Source of the DNA: Eledone cirrhosa
Lineage: Eukaryota
DNA: 64,000 nucleotides
Direction: 5' to 3'
Assembly: GCA_964016885.1 (NCBI GenBank)
Contig: OZ024745.1
Coordinates: 84,010,001 to 84,074,000 of the forward strand
This document shows positions 14,200 through 29,251 of the stretch, piece after piece. Both the position numbers and the translations under genes were made by a program. The notes under the pieces were generated by a model. It ran no database searches, was not told where the DNA came from, and was given only the letters and a program-made list of their open reading frames with translations. Numbering within the stretch: position 1 is the first letter of the stretch; every line of letters starts with the position of its first letter.

Positions 14200-14885
14200 T
14201 AGCCGAAACTGCTAATGGAGTCGTAATGGCGCCAGTGACACACGACCTTTCTTAGACAATTTTGTTTTAAACCTGGCAGAGCCCATCTCCTGTCCAGGAC
14301 TGAATACGGGTGTTTTCCTCCAGAGAAAGAGATAGAGTGATAGAGAGGAAGTGAGAAAGTGATATAGATGAAAATCGACTTCTATACTAGATTAGTACTT
14401 TTTTAGTCTCGAACGGATGAAAATCAAAGTTGACATCGGCGAGATTAGAACTCAGAACGCAGAGAGCCGGAACAAATACCCCAATCCTCCGACTTTCTTA
14501 ATCATTTAAAAACTTGCAAAAAATAATAATATTTACTCTTAGTTCATTTCTTAATTGTACAGTCAAATATAAAATCTCAAAACCCTTCCTTCGCACTTAA
14601 CCTCCTCACAATCACAATTCTAAATAAGTTATAGATGAGAAGTTACTTTTTTCTCTTGAAAAAGTGTTATGGTAAATAAATATATATATATAAACCAGGT
14701 CTGAACACAAAGGAACCAAACTCCCACTGTCACTGCCTCCGTCTCTCTCGTTATTTCCCCATGTCTGTGTAGTTAGAAGCTGAGAATGTTTTCTTTGTAA
14801 TTTAAGTTCCTCTCTGTTTGTTTACAGTTTTGAAGGTGGGTCTTCTGTATAATTATAATATAAATAATAGGCTTATGTACCTAAT
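14200..14885 (+). repeat. ~686-bp segment duplicated almost identically at 17190-17876; contains a SINE fragment
   Basis: Both copies run from agccgaaactgctaatggagtcg to ggcttatgtacctaatt. Confidence 0.95.
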
Positions 14886-15077
14886 TCTTTCTCCCCACCC
14901 CTCTCCCTCATTCTCTTTCTCTCTGCCCCTCACTTTCATTCTCTTTGCCTTTCTCTCTCTCTATCTAACATTTACTATTTCTCTGCCTCTGTCTTCCATT
15001 CGCGTTTTCACCCTCACCTCTCTCTTAACCATTTGTATTTATGTATATATATATATATATATGTGTGTGTGTATGTA

Positions 15078-15110
<33 letters not shown>

Positions 15111-15121
<11 letters not shown>

Positions 15122-16029
15122 TAAACGGAATAGAAAATGCTGACAAATTGTTCACAGTTGAAAAATGGTTTAATTAGGAATAAAAGAGTATTAGTGATTG
15201 TATGGGTTAGTATTCAGTTGTGGTTTTAAGTTTTTAAGTTTTTACCGGTTGCGCATTTCTAAATGCTTTTCAAAAATAATTTTGAGATAGAGTGTCCGTG
15301 CTGTTTGCTCTGATCTGATTAGTTTTGGGAATTCTACCTGTTTTTATGTTAAAAAAGTGGCTCCAGCGTTATTTTTGTGTTGCAAAAATGCTTGTGGTCA
15401 AAACAATTTTGATTGGTCGGTAGAGGTCATGTGAATGTAAAAAGTTGATTTTGCGCCAAGACTGTTTTTATGTTAAAAAAGTGGCTCCAGCAAAAATTCT
15501 TGGTCAAAACAATTTTGATTGGTCGGTAGAGGTCATGTGGATAAAAAATTGGTTTTGCGCCAATTTTTTATCCACATGACCTCTACCGACCAATCAAAAT
15601 TGTTTTGACCAAGAATTTTTGCTGGAGCCACTTTTTTAACATAAAAACAGTCTTGGCGCAAAATCAACTTTTTACATTCACATGAACTCTACCGACCAAT
15701 CAAAATTGTTTTGACCACAAGCATTTTTGCAACACAAAAATAAAGCTGGAGCCACTTTTTTAACATAAAAACAGGTAGAATTTCCAAAACTAATCAGATC
15801 AGAGCAAACAGCACGGACACTCTATCTCAAAATTATTTTTGAAAAGCATTTAGAAATGCGCAACCGGTAAAAACTTTAAAAATTAAAACCACAACTGAAT
15901 ACTAACCCATACAATCACTAATACTCTTTTATTCCTAATTAAATCATTTTTCAACAGTGAACAATTTGTCAGCATTTTCTATTCCGTTTACCAATATATA
16001 ATAACTTGTGTGTTACACCTCTATTCTTT

Positions 16030-16033
<4 letters not shown>
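15111..16033. repeat. ~890-bp palindrome (centre ~15555) plus ~33-bp tail, in (TA)n
   Basis: Arms run from atatattggtaaacgg to ccgtttaccaatatat with few mismatches; ~100-bp internal direct repeat in each arm. Confidence 0.92.
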
Positions 16034-17178
<1,145 letters not shown>

Positions 17179-17189
17179 CGTATGTATGT

Positions 17190-17876
17190 AGCCGAAACTG
17201 CTAATGGAGTCGTAGTGGCGGCAGTGACACACGACCTTTCTTAGACAATTTTTGTTTTAAACCTGGCAGAGCCCATCTCCTGTCCAGGACTGAATACGGG
17301 TGTTTTCCTCCAGAGAAAGAGATAGAGTGATAGAGAGGAAGTGAGAAAGTGATATAGATGAAAATCGACTTCTATACTAGATTAGTACTTTTTTAGTCTC
17401 GAACGGATGAAAATCAAAGTTGACATCGGCGAGATTAGAACTCAGAACGCAGAGAGCCGGAACAAATACCCCAATCCTCCGACTTTCTTAATCATTTAAA
17501 AACTTGCAAAAAATAATAATATTTACTCTTAGTTCATTTCTTAATTGTACAGTCAAATATAAAATCTCAAAACCCTTCCTTCGCACTTAACCTCCTCACA
17601 ATCACAATTCTAAATAAGTTATAGATGAGAAGTTACTTTTTTCTCTTGAAAAAGTGTTATGGTAAATAAATATATATATATAAACCAGGTCTGAACACAA
17701 AGGAACCAAACTCCCACTGTCACTGCCTCCGTCTCTCTCGTTATTTCCCCATGTCTGTGTAGTTAGAAGCTGAGAATGTTTTCTTTGTAATTTAAGTTCC
17801 TCTCTATTTGTTTACAGTTTTGAAGGTGGTTCTTCTGTATAATTATAATATAAATAATAGGCTTATGTACCTAATT
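17190..17876 (+). repeat. Second copy of 14200-14885
   Basis: Near-identical sequence. Confidence 0.95.
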
Positions 17877-18192
17877 TGAGAGAGGGAAGTGTGAAGAGAA
17901 GGGATTGAGTGTAATGTATTCAAGTGTATTGTAACCCAATAGAACACAGATAAGTTAGCCTCTTTCACGTTTCTGTCTCAAAACTAGCGCCTATATTGTC
18001 TAATAACACTTTACATTGAAAATGTTAACAGTTAATCAATTTATATGCTTATATGCATGTGTATGTATGTATGTATATATTTGTGTGTGTATATATGAAT
18101 ATATTTGTGCATGAATGTATATGTGTGTATATATATAAATGTGTGTGTGTGTGTGTAACTGCGTGTATGTGCGCGCATGTGTGTATATAATA

Positions 18193-18280
<88 letters not shown>

Positions 18281-18804
18281 TTGGTTCTTAGCATATAATT
18301 TGTTTCACATTCTGTCCTCTTCACTTGAAATCAGACATTTTCTACCAACCTCCTGCATTAGTAGTATATTGTCATACTCTCAGGTCGCATTTTTGGAATT
18401 TAATTATTACTTTACTATCACGTTCCAAGTATTTACTGTATTTCCACTACAGCGTTGTTCTTCAGCCGATATGGTGTGAAGATCAAGAACCATTTAAAAG
18501 TAGTAATTACAGAATGTATGTGAAGTACTAACGATGCATTAAATCCGTCTTGTAATCAGATGGTATTCTTCAGATTGATACTATTTCAATATATATAATC
18601 ATTTTTTTCTTTTCTTTACACAGACATCAGTCCTCCAGAAATAAAAGAATTTTTTCTTTTACACTTTCAATATTCAGCACGCATTTAAAATATATTTCAG
18701 TTATGATCTTACTTAGATAAAATGGTAATTATTCAAGAGAGGCGGAAATGGATAGACGTACTGATATTTTATTAGTATATTACAAGTGTACACACACACA
18801 CACA

Positions 18805-18881
<77 letters not shown>

Positions 18882-19026
18882 CGAAGGAAATGTGGTAAGG
18901 AACCAGATGGACCATAACGCACCAAAGTACTTAGTAGTAGAGTGGGTAATAGGAACGAGTAGGACCCCGACGGCTGAGCCGTCGAAACGGCTTGAGCTCG
19001 GCCGTCGGGGTCCTACTCGTTCCTAT
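18882..19026 (-). mobile_element. Short fold-back cassette (family Z) in (TA)n; relative at 31973-32137
   Basis: GC-rich hairpin 18949-19026; both loci share gtaaggaaccag.tggaccataacgcacca and gtagagtgggtaatag. Confidence 0.6.
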
Positions 19027-19031
19027 ATATG

Positions 19032-19085
<54 letters not shown>

Positions 19086-19689
19086 GGGATATGGAAATAC
19101 TCGGATTGGTGCCCGAGCACATGGTTAGCCTACTGGGAGTGAGAGAACCCTTGCCCTTGTTATGAAATCATTCTAGGAACAGGAAAACTCTGATGTGAAA
19201 CCTGTGACTCGATGACATTCAATGATTCTGACCTGTTCTTCCTTTTGAGATTGGTCCAATGTTAGGCCTTTCTTCACTTCAAAAAATCTTCAAGCACAAG
19301 CATCACTGTATCTTGCTACTTTTTAATGATCGACTTCAAAATGCCTTCTCTGTCAGACTGATAGTTTTTTACATTGGAACAAATAGTGCCAAAGAGTTTC
19401 TGGGAGGCACCCACAACAATATAGAAGTGATTCTCACAGACCAGTTAGTGATAACATTTATCCAGTTCATAGTCTTTTTTTATTACCATTGCTCAGTGTC
19501 TGTTTTAGCAAGATGTAGAAAAAGATTCGCGTTTGAAATCTAAGTCGTTCTCATAGTAAATACTATGAGAATGGGTGGTCCTGTTGACCTCTCTGTTTAA
19601 GATCTAGTAGAAGTGGGTTATATACTATTGTCAAAATCAAAGCCAATGGCCACTAGAACATGGTACTAGTCATAAAAGCTAAAGTCTGT

Positions 19690-19970
19690 TCTAAGCCGAA
19701 GGCTAATCAGGCCAGTACTTATACTCGGTTGCTTTGGTGTTAAGCGACTGAGAGTATAAGACTCTCTCTCTCTCTCTCGATAGGATGCCAGTCTATCGCA
19801 GGTTTATGTCCCCAGGTAGTGCTGGTACTCATCTCAGCTGAGTGTACTGGATTAATATAAAATAAAGTGTTTTGCTCAAGGACACAACGCAGCAGCTTGT
19901 CCAGGAATCGAACCGACGATATTACGATCTTACATCAAACATCCTAACCACCAAGTCATGTGTCTTCGCA
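19690..19970 (-). mobile_element. tRNA-derived SINE, family 2 (relatives at 27880-28135 -, 29517-29815 +, 38665-38960 -, 40575-40745 +)
   Basis: B-box ggttcgattcc followed by gttgtgtccttgagcaa.acact on the element strand; this head is shared among copies. Confidence 0.75.
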
Positions 19971-20094
19971 CTAGTAATAGTCTAACGAAAACTAAACTGC
20001 CTGACCTCACCCCTCATCACAACTACCAGGGAGATGAGACGAAATAGGTCCCACTCGTCGTCTGAGGATAAGAGTAAAATAATGTCAAAGATGA

Positions 20095-20278
20095 AAGTGA
20101 TGTTGGTGATAGTAGAGTTGAAGGTGATGGTGATGTTGATGGTGGTAGTAGGGATGTTGGTGATGGTAGTATTGATGGTGATGGTGATGATGATGGTGAT
20201 GCTGTTGGTGGTAGTAGTGCTGATGATGATGGTGATAGCACTGGTGATAGTGATGATGATGATGACAGTGGTAGTGAA
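20095..20278. repeat. Degenerate (GAT/GGT)n trinucleotide tract
   Basis: Directly visible. Confidence 0.9.
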
Positions 20279-21059
20279 AAAGAAACACGTGGAAAAAAGT
20301 ATGATGCAGCGTTTAGTGTTGACTAGAATAAAGGTGATACCCCGAAATCTATGAAACTGAAGTATATCGTTACCTTTAGTATTCAGCACATTCTGGATTT
20401 CTCACAAATGGGATTTCATTCTGACTTCCTGATATTGGCTTGTGCTAGATTACTAATCTGTATTCAAAACATTACATCCAGATTGCTTTTATCAAGCACT
20501 TTCAGCATTTCAAATGTTTTCTCAAACTAGAAGTTATGTGTAGTATTCTATTAAACAGGTAAGGTCTAAAAGGTTATTTTGTAGCTATTGAAATTTTTGA
20601 CCAAACAGATGCAAAATACAAATGCATAATATTGAAGGAAATGCTTTAATAATATTTCAAATCAATGAATGCCATGTTTCAATCATCTGACGACGATAGT
20701 TATGAAAAATTCAAATATTTAAAGAGAATTTGAAAAAGCTCTGCATAATAGTTTGACATTGATGACTCGGAAGGAGGTATTGAAATGATTGAATTGGATA
20801 CTGAGAATTGGATACTGAGAAAATCACCATACTAAAAAAGAATTCAAACGTTCTAGCTGTCAAAACAAGATGCTTTAAATCCATTATTGAAAAAATATAC
20901 TAACTAGACCTCATGCTTTCTAAAATCCTTTATTGATTTATCTTTCCACAGTATTGTCTTTCCATATTTATCCATGTTACATTTAGCTAGAAAAGAATTG
21001 ATGAAATTGAGCAGCAATATATTACAATTAAAAAAATATATATTACAAAATACCAAAAA

Positions 21060-21300
21060 AAAAAAATCTTAATTTTAGAGGATTTTCGAAAACATTTTCT
21101 TGACTCCAGTCTGCCAGAGTAATTGTAATATATTTGTTTCTACGTTAGGCACAAGGCCATCAATTACTCAGTGTAAAGTACCAGTAATACACTGGGTAAT
21201 TGCTGGCCTTGTGCCTAACGTAGAAACAAATATATTACAATTACTCTGGCAGACTGGAGTCAAGAAAATGTTTTCGAAAATCCTCTAAAGTTAAGATTTC
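21060..21300. repeat. ~240-bp palindrome whose inner arms are a SINE 3' end
   Basis: Arms 21062-21174 / 21188-21299 are reverse complements. Confidence 0.9.
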
Positions 21301-21374
21301 TTTTTTTTTTATATTTCACCACAAACATTTTCAACAATTATTTGGTAACTCCAGCAAGTAATATTATTGCTTAA

Positions 21375-21583
21375 AGTATCGGTAGAGCGTTGGACACCTT
21401 GCTTCGTTGCATAGAGTTACAACCATTTACGATCTGAATTCAAATCCCGCCGAGGTTAGCTTTGCCTTTCATCCTTATGGGATTGATAACATAAAGTACC
21501 AGTCAAGCACTGGAGTCGATTTAATCGTCTTTTCCCCCTCGCCCAAAATTACTGGCCTTGTGCCTAAATGAGAAACAATTATT
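21375..21583 (+). mobile_element. tRNA-derived SINE, family 1 (relatives at 26349-26535 -, 29843-30035 +, 31128-31290 +, 37110-37289 -, fragments ~14385-14480 and ~17375-17470)
   Basis: B-box gagttcaaatccc, conserved core gccgaggtt.actttgcctttcatcct..ggggtcgataaaataaagtaccagt, 3' end ggccttgtgcc...gaaacaatta. Confidence 0.85.
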
Positions 21584-22340
21584 ACTTAAAGAATATTTCC
21601 ACTTGCAGCAGTAGTTAAACCAAACAAGAGGATGCAACTTAATATTTGATATGCTATCATTTGAATCTATGTACATTCCATTGAAAGTTCAATCCATTAC
21701 AAACACTTGCACTTTACTGAAAGTTGGATAATTTTATGTGAGACATTATTTACAGATACAATAAAAGCAAGGATTTTATGAATTCTTATTGATTTGTACA
21801 ATAGTGTAGCAATGGTTTACAAACAACTTTAGAATTTGGTCATTTTTTACCGTTAAAAATAACTGATCTGGCTGCCTATCTATCTCTCCCGTTTCTCTAA
21901 ATTAAATCGTGCGAAACCATTTTGCTGGTTTGAGAGCTAATGGGGGTAAAGATGTGTGTGTGAACTTGCCTTGTACATCGCCTTTCTTTATTTCCTTCTT
22001 CCAGTCACTTCTAAGCACCAACCCACTTCTTTTTGTCGTCCTCCTCTCTCAATCGTTTGTAAATTGCATCTGCCTAACAACCACCTCATGGATTATCTTT
22101 CTATTGGCCAATAGACACTGATCTCTGTCCTCTGAGGTTATTTCAAACACTGTCATTGACAGCATTTGGTTGTTTTAACAGCTATTCTTGCGTTGAATTT
22201 TCTCATTTTCTATATACTCTCGCTTTGTCTCGACCAGAGACAACAAATATGCTCTCGCTTTGTCTCGACGAGAGACAACAATGTTTATTCATATGTGTAT
22301 ATATACATATATATGTATGTATATATGTATGTATAAATAT

Positions 22341-22950
22341 GTCAGATCACCAGTTGATGCTACTGGTAACATGTATCCCAGTACAACCTGTCTCATGGTC
22401 GGGTCGTTGGCGACTAAACTGGCAACCCCACCAAGGTTTCTTGGTGAGGAGGGTGACTTTGGACATCCTGCAGGACGAAAAACAAAACCTGTCAAAGAGC
22501 AAAGGAGCTCTTAAGAGTCAATGGCCATCCAAAATCACCGGGAGAGATGACCCCTTAGCCTTTGTCAAAGCAGAATTCTAGGAGAAGGAAAACTCTGATA
22601 TAACACCTGCAACCCTGGTGGTATCCAATGATGTTGACTTGTTCTTCTTTTAAATATCATCTTGGTTAAGAGAGTGGGACTGGCTTTGTGCAGTGCCTAT
22701 GCTCACTATAAAAGCTTCACCGCACAGGCATTGCTTTATATCTGGAGATCCCTCTGCACTTGTCGTCACATGGTACCATGGGCTCAGCACTATGTGTCAA
22801 TAATTGTCACAAGTGTAGTGTTTGTACCAGAGTATTCAAGTCGCTGGCTAGACTAAAAAGTCACACTCGTTCAGGGGTTCTCCAACATGGATATAAAGTA
22901 GTGGCCGTACTCGAAAACGAGTTGGCAGCCACCATAAATGTATGTATGTG
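22341..22950 (+). mobile_element. Internally deleted (bipartite) RTE-type LINE derivative
   Basis: RTE-like 5' UTR motifs (actggcaacccca; ctaggagaaggaaaactctga) joined to a terminal zinc finger [17 protein letters not shown] and an (ATGT)n tail; related pieces at 19083-19255 (+) and 8817-8885 (-). Confidence 0.55.
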
Positions 22951-23052
<102 letters not shown>

Positions 23053-23564
23053 TGTACGTATTGTATATTTTATAATATACTGTATGTTCCTTTAAGAACA
23101 TTTTGAAAGCCTTTCGTTATGAATTTACGGTAGTGGCTATAGTCACATACCTTTGCTTCAGCAAAAAACATAGGAAAATAACCAACGCATTTCTCGCTCT
23201 AGCGGTTATCAAGGCTATATACACTTTTCTGTTTTTGCTGCGAGCTATAGAAACTGGATTTTTATAGAATACCACCTATGTTTATGAACTCATTAACATA
23301 CAGAGCGGTTACCGGCCCAACAACAATTAGAAATTTGTGCTGGAGTTCTGATAAAGCAATATATATATGTGAATGTACGTATTGTATATATACTGTACGT
23401 TTATTTTTAAATGTTTTCAATGCCTTTCGCTATGAATTTACGGTAGTGGCTATAGTTACATCCCTAGCTTCAGCAAAATCAAAGAGGAATAACCGACGCG
23501 TTTCTCGTTGTTTAGCGGCTATCAAGGCTATATACCTTGAAAATGTTTTTAATAGTTACATTTG

Positions 23565-24171
23565 ATCTTCTCATACTCATATATATGTGACTGTATGTCA
23601 GTTAGATTAGAACTTACAATGACTGACGTTATATATATCATTTGTTTGCTAAAATAATAATTAAATAAAAGGAAATCTACAATCTCATCTAAACATTGAA
23701 CCTGTAACTACACCATATCAGTCGTAACTGAGCCACCAGGATACCTACAGAATGGTATGTCAATAATAAAGTATTAAAATATCAAACTCAAACATGAGAT
23801 ATAAACAAAATAAAATAAAATATAAAATGAAATACAAAAAAAAAGGAAAATTTTAGATACTTAATAGGACACCGTTCATATATCTCCTGACAAGGATCGA
23901 ACCTCAGATCAGGAATTCCACCAACTCTATTCCATCTCACTCGGACATCGGACAGCTACACTAACATACAGAAATTTAACACTTATAAACCTACTTTCAA
24001 AATCGAAATACCAGAAGTCTGGTTTCGTTCTTGCCTTTCTTAATGTTATTGCTCCTTTTTAGGGTTTACTTGTATATCACGAGGGACTGCCGTAATCTAC
24101 ACAATCACTGTTTCTAATTAACCTAGTCTTTATTTGAACCTATAATTCATGTTTCATATTTGTAACACCTC

Positions 24172-24261
<90 letters not shown>

Positions 24262-26952
24262 TTCTCTCCCTCTCACTTTGTGAGCGCGTGTGATATTTGA
24301 ATTTACTATCATTTGGTCTTCTCATATTCATATATATGTGACTGTATGTCAGTTAGATTAGAAATTACAATGACTGACGTTATAATAATTAAATAAAAGG
24401 AAATCTACAATCTCAACTAAACATTGCACCATATCAGCTGTAACTGAGCCACCAGGATACCTACAGAAGGGTATGTCAATAACAAAGCATTAACATATCA
24501 AATTCAAACATAAGATATAAACAAAATAAAATAAAATATAAAATATAAAATTAAATACAAGAAAATAATTATAAGATAAAATAAAAATTGTGGTTCTTAT
24601 TAAATTTTTCCAATTGTTTCTAAGAGATATAATGGAAAATGTTACATATTTAATAGGACACCCTAAAGGTATCTCTGTACCTGGATTGAACCTCAGACAG
24701 GGATCCCCACCAACTCTATTCCATCCCACTCGGACACCGGACAGCTACAGTAATCCACAGAAATTTAATACTTATAAACCTACTTTCAAAATCGAAATCC
24801 CAGAAGATCTGGTTTCGTTCTTGCCTTTCTTAATGTTATTGCTCCTTTTTAGGGTTTACTTGTATATCATCTGCGTCTTCGGTAAACTACATCCTCTCTT
24901 TGTTTCTAATTTAAGGAAATCTACAACCCTCTTCTAAACATATAACCTGTAACTACACCTTATCAACTGTACACCAGGACACCTATAGAATGGTATGTTA
25001 ATAATAAAGTATTAACATATCACATTTAAACATAAAATATGAAACAAATTACAAAGTAGAATACAAAATAGAATATAAGATAATAAAAAGATATTAAATA
25101 TAAAATAGAATATCAAAAAATATATAAAATAAAGTTGTTTTTTTTTAAATATATAAAATAAAATCCACATTGGGGTTCTGAGAACTTTTTCCAGTTGTTT
25201 CTAAGAGAAGTAAAAGGAAAATTTAAAAAGATTAATAGGACAACCTAAATGTATCTTCTGAAGAAGTTTGAACCTCAGACCGGGATATCTACCAAATCTA
25301 TTCCACCCCACTCGGCCACCGAGACAGTAACAATAATCCACAAAAATGTAATACCTATAAACCTACTTTCAAAATCGAAAACCCAGAAGATCTGGTTTCG
25401 TTTTTGCCTTTCTTAATGTTATTGCTCCTTTTTATGGTCTGCTTGTATATCATATGGGTCTTCCATAAACTACATCCTCATTTGGTTTATAATTAACCTA
25501 GTCTTTATTTGAACCTATAATTCATATTCCATATTTCTAACACCTCTCTCTCTCTCGTTATCTCTCACTCTCTCTCCCTCCGTCCCCCTCTCTCTGTCAG
25601 CGCATGTGATATTTCATTTTACTATCATTTGGTCTTCTCATACTCATATATATGTGACTGTATGTTAGATTAGAACTTACAATGACTGGTGTTACATATA
25701 TCATTTGTTTGCTAAAATAATAATTAAATAGAAGGAAATCTACAATCTCATCTAAACATTGAACCTGTAACTTCACCATATCATCTGTAGTTAAGCAACC
25801 AGGACACCTACAGAATGGTAAGTCAATAATAAAGTATTAGAATATCAAATTTAAACATAAGATAGAAACAAAATAAAATACAATATAAAATGAAATACAA
25901 AAAAATTTATACGATAAAATATAAAATGAAATAAAATACACATTAGGGTTCTCACTAAAATTTTCCAATTGTTTCTAAGAGATGTAAAGGAAAATTTTAG
26001 ATACTTAAAGGTATCTCTGTATCAGTACCGAACCTCAGAGAGGATCCCCACCAACTCTCTTCCATCGCACTCGGCCACCGGACAGCTACAATAGGCCACA
26101 GAAATTTAATATTTATAAACCTACTTTCAAAATCAAAATCCCAGAAGATCTGGTTTTGTTCTTGCCTTTCTTAATGTTAATGCTCCTTTTTAGGGTTTAC
26201 TTCTATGTCGTCTGTGTCTTCCGTAAACTAATCCTCACTTTGTTTCTAATTTAAGGAAATCTACAATCCCAGCTAGACATTGAACCTGTAACTACACCTT
26301 ATCAACTGTAACTGAGCCACCAGGACACCTACAGAATGGTATGTCAATAATTGTTTCCACTTTTGGCACAAGGCCAGCAATTACCCAGTGTATTACTGGT
26401 ACTTTATTTTATCGACCTCGTAAGGATGAAAAGCAAAGTTAACCTTGGCGGGATTTTAACTCACAATAGAAAGGGCCGTAACTCTATACGTCAAAGCATG
26501 GCGTCCGACCCTCTACCAATACTGCCAATCCACCAATAATAAATTATTAACATATCAAATTTAAAAATAAAATATGAAATAAATTACAAAATAAAATCGA
26601 ATCCACATTGGGGTTCTGAGAACTTTTTCCAGTTGTTTCTAAGAGATGTAAAGATTAATAGGACGTTCATTTATCTCCTGAACAGGATTGAATCACAGAT
26701 AAGGATCTTCCCTAGCTCTAACACATCCCACTCGGCCACAGGGGCAACTAGAATAATCTGCTGAAAATTGATTCTTATAAACCTATTTTCAAAATCTGAT
26801 TACGTTCATGTCTTTCTTAATGTTATTGCTCCTTCATGTTATTGCTACTTGTATATCATTTGGGTCTTCTATAAACTATATCCTCACTTTGTTTCTAATT
26901 TACCTAGTCATTATTTGAACCAATAATTCATGTTTCATATTTTTAACACCTA

Positions 26953-26998
<46 letters not shown>

Positions 26999-27850
26999 GA
27001 GCTTATGTGATATTTGAATTTACTATCTTTTGGTCTTCTCTTATTCATATATATGTGACTACCTGTCAGATTAGAACTTATTATCATTGGCGTTATATCT
27101 TTTGGTCTTCTCATATTCATATATATCTGATTGCATGTCACTTAGTTTTGAACTTACAATGATTGGTGTTATATATATATCATTTGTTTGTTAAAATAAT
27201 AATTAAATAAAAGGTAATCTACAAATATATAAAATAAAATAAAATATGAAATAAAATCCACATTGGGGTTCTGAAAACTTTTTCCAGTTGTTTCTAAGAG
27301 ACGTGAAAGAAAAATTTCAAATGGTTAATAGAACAATGTTCATGCATCTCCTAACGAGGATTAAACCTCAGGCAAGTATCTACGCCAACTCTAATACATC
27401 CCACTCGGCCATCGAAACAGAACATTAATCGAATGAAATCTAATACTTATAAACCTTCTTTCAAAATCGAAATCCAAAAAAGATCTGGTTTCGTTCATGC
27501 CTTTCTTAATGTTATTGCTGCTTTTTAGGGTTTACTTGTATAACATCTGGGTCTTCCGTAAACTACATCATCCCTGTGTTTTTCATTTACCTAGTCTTTA
27601 TTTGAACCTATAATTCATGCTCCGTATTTCTAACACCTCATTTATCTCTCTCTCTCTCTCTCTCTCTGTTAGCGTATGTGATATTTGAATTTACTATCAT
27701 TTGCTCTTCCCTTATTCATATATATGTGACTACCTGTCAGTTAGATTAGAACTTATTATGATTGGCGTTATATATATCATTTGTTTGTTAAAATAATTAT
27801 TAAATATAAGGAAATCTTCAATCTCAGCTAAACATTGAACCTGTAAATAC
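23565..27850 (-). repeat. Degenerate tandem array, six units of ~580-790 bp, each with a tRNA-like A-box/B-box core
   Basis: Cores at ~23881-23955, 24670-24744, 25252-25327, 26012-26085, 26672-26746, 27345-27420: TG(G/T)CCGAGTGG-N33-GGTTC(A/G)ATCC on minus. Confidence 0.8.
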
Positions 27851-29181
27851 AATACGTACATTCATATATATTTTCAGTGCTCACTAAGACGGTGCTTTTC
27901 CCGGTTTCCTTGGCATGAAGTGACTGAGAGTACAACACGTTCCCCCTTGGACACCACGCCCGTCAATTTCAGAGTTAACCCTCTTTTTGCTGCTGGTGCT
28001 CATTTCCAGTTGAGTATAGAGGAGTAACGTGAAATGAAGTATTTTGCACAAGAACATAACGCACAACTTGGTCGAGGAATCGAACCCCCGGTATTATAAT
28101 CGTAAATCCAGCCTCCTAATAACGCGATCACGCCTAATGTTGGATGCTTCTAAATGACGAGCTATACACGACCAGGAGACCTTTGGTCATAAACTATTAG
28201 ATCAACGATGACCAGTGATTAAATAACAATATACCGGTCTTAAAAAGAAGATTTCTTTTTATCTGTTTAGGTCTCCAAAGCAAGAGGTATGTATATTCTA
28301 GTAGTCAAACGGTATAGAGTAAAACTAAATATATATTCTTATAACTATTAATTTGTATACTCAGTATTGTAATATATTGTTTGTCTCATAAAACATTGCG
28401 GAATCAACAACTTTGTGTGATTTTACGTATGCAAATATACATGATTCTTCAACAATCTACCTAGAATGTTCTGTAAACGCCTACGCAGGTTTGTAGCTTG
28501 GATGTGTTTTTTTTTTAAAGTATCAATATAACTGTACATTTTCCGTAAGGTGAAAGCGATAAATTGTTCGCACTGGAGGAAAAGAAATTGATTCAGATTT
28601 ATCTTAATGGACCCCAGAAGACTAAATGAAACACACCAGGGATTTGTTTTCTTTTGCAACCATCAATTCATTTTCTTTTGCCACAATTAATCAATTTGTT
28701 CCTTATGCTTCCATATCAACAACACGCACACTCACAGACACACTTACTCAAACACACAAAGTAGATAGATATACACATATAGATAGACGGGTATATATCT
28801 ATATATCTATGTATATATGTATTGTATGCATATATATGAGTGTATGAGTGTGTGTGTGTGTGTGTGTGGTAACGGGCATAAACATTTGCACGTATGTTTG
28901 TGTATATGAATAGATAACTATATAGTTTGAGTAAGACTATTCTCCAAACTAAACAATAAATTATGGTCACCATCATATTGAAGAATGTCTTTATGAACCA
29001 TTTAGCCAAATCGGCGCCATGCATAAAGAGATAATTATATACATACGTATCTATATATGTGCGTGGGGGGGGGGGGTTCTAGCCACGTATGCGTTTCTGT
29101 GAGTTCATTCAGACTATTCTTATAAGAAATTGTGTACATGTGATGTATTGTATCTATATGCGTCTCCAGTGTTAGTATAGT

Positions 29182-29251
<70 letters not shown>

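Noticed and set aside
14234-14246. 13-mer agtgacacacgac shared with the 5' end of Tx1 copy B (56317-56329)
   Set aside because: Homology does not extend; compatible with chance.
19982-20389. His/Thr/Val-rich ORFs (also 62106-62606)
   Set aside because: Trinucleotide low-complexity tracts, open in most frames.
23881-27420. Functional tRNA genes or a CRISPR-like array
   Set aside because: No consistent anticodon arm; units are long degenerate tandem repeats in a eukaryotic context with no cas genes.
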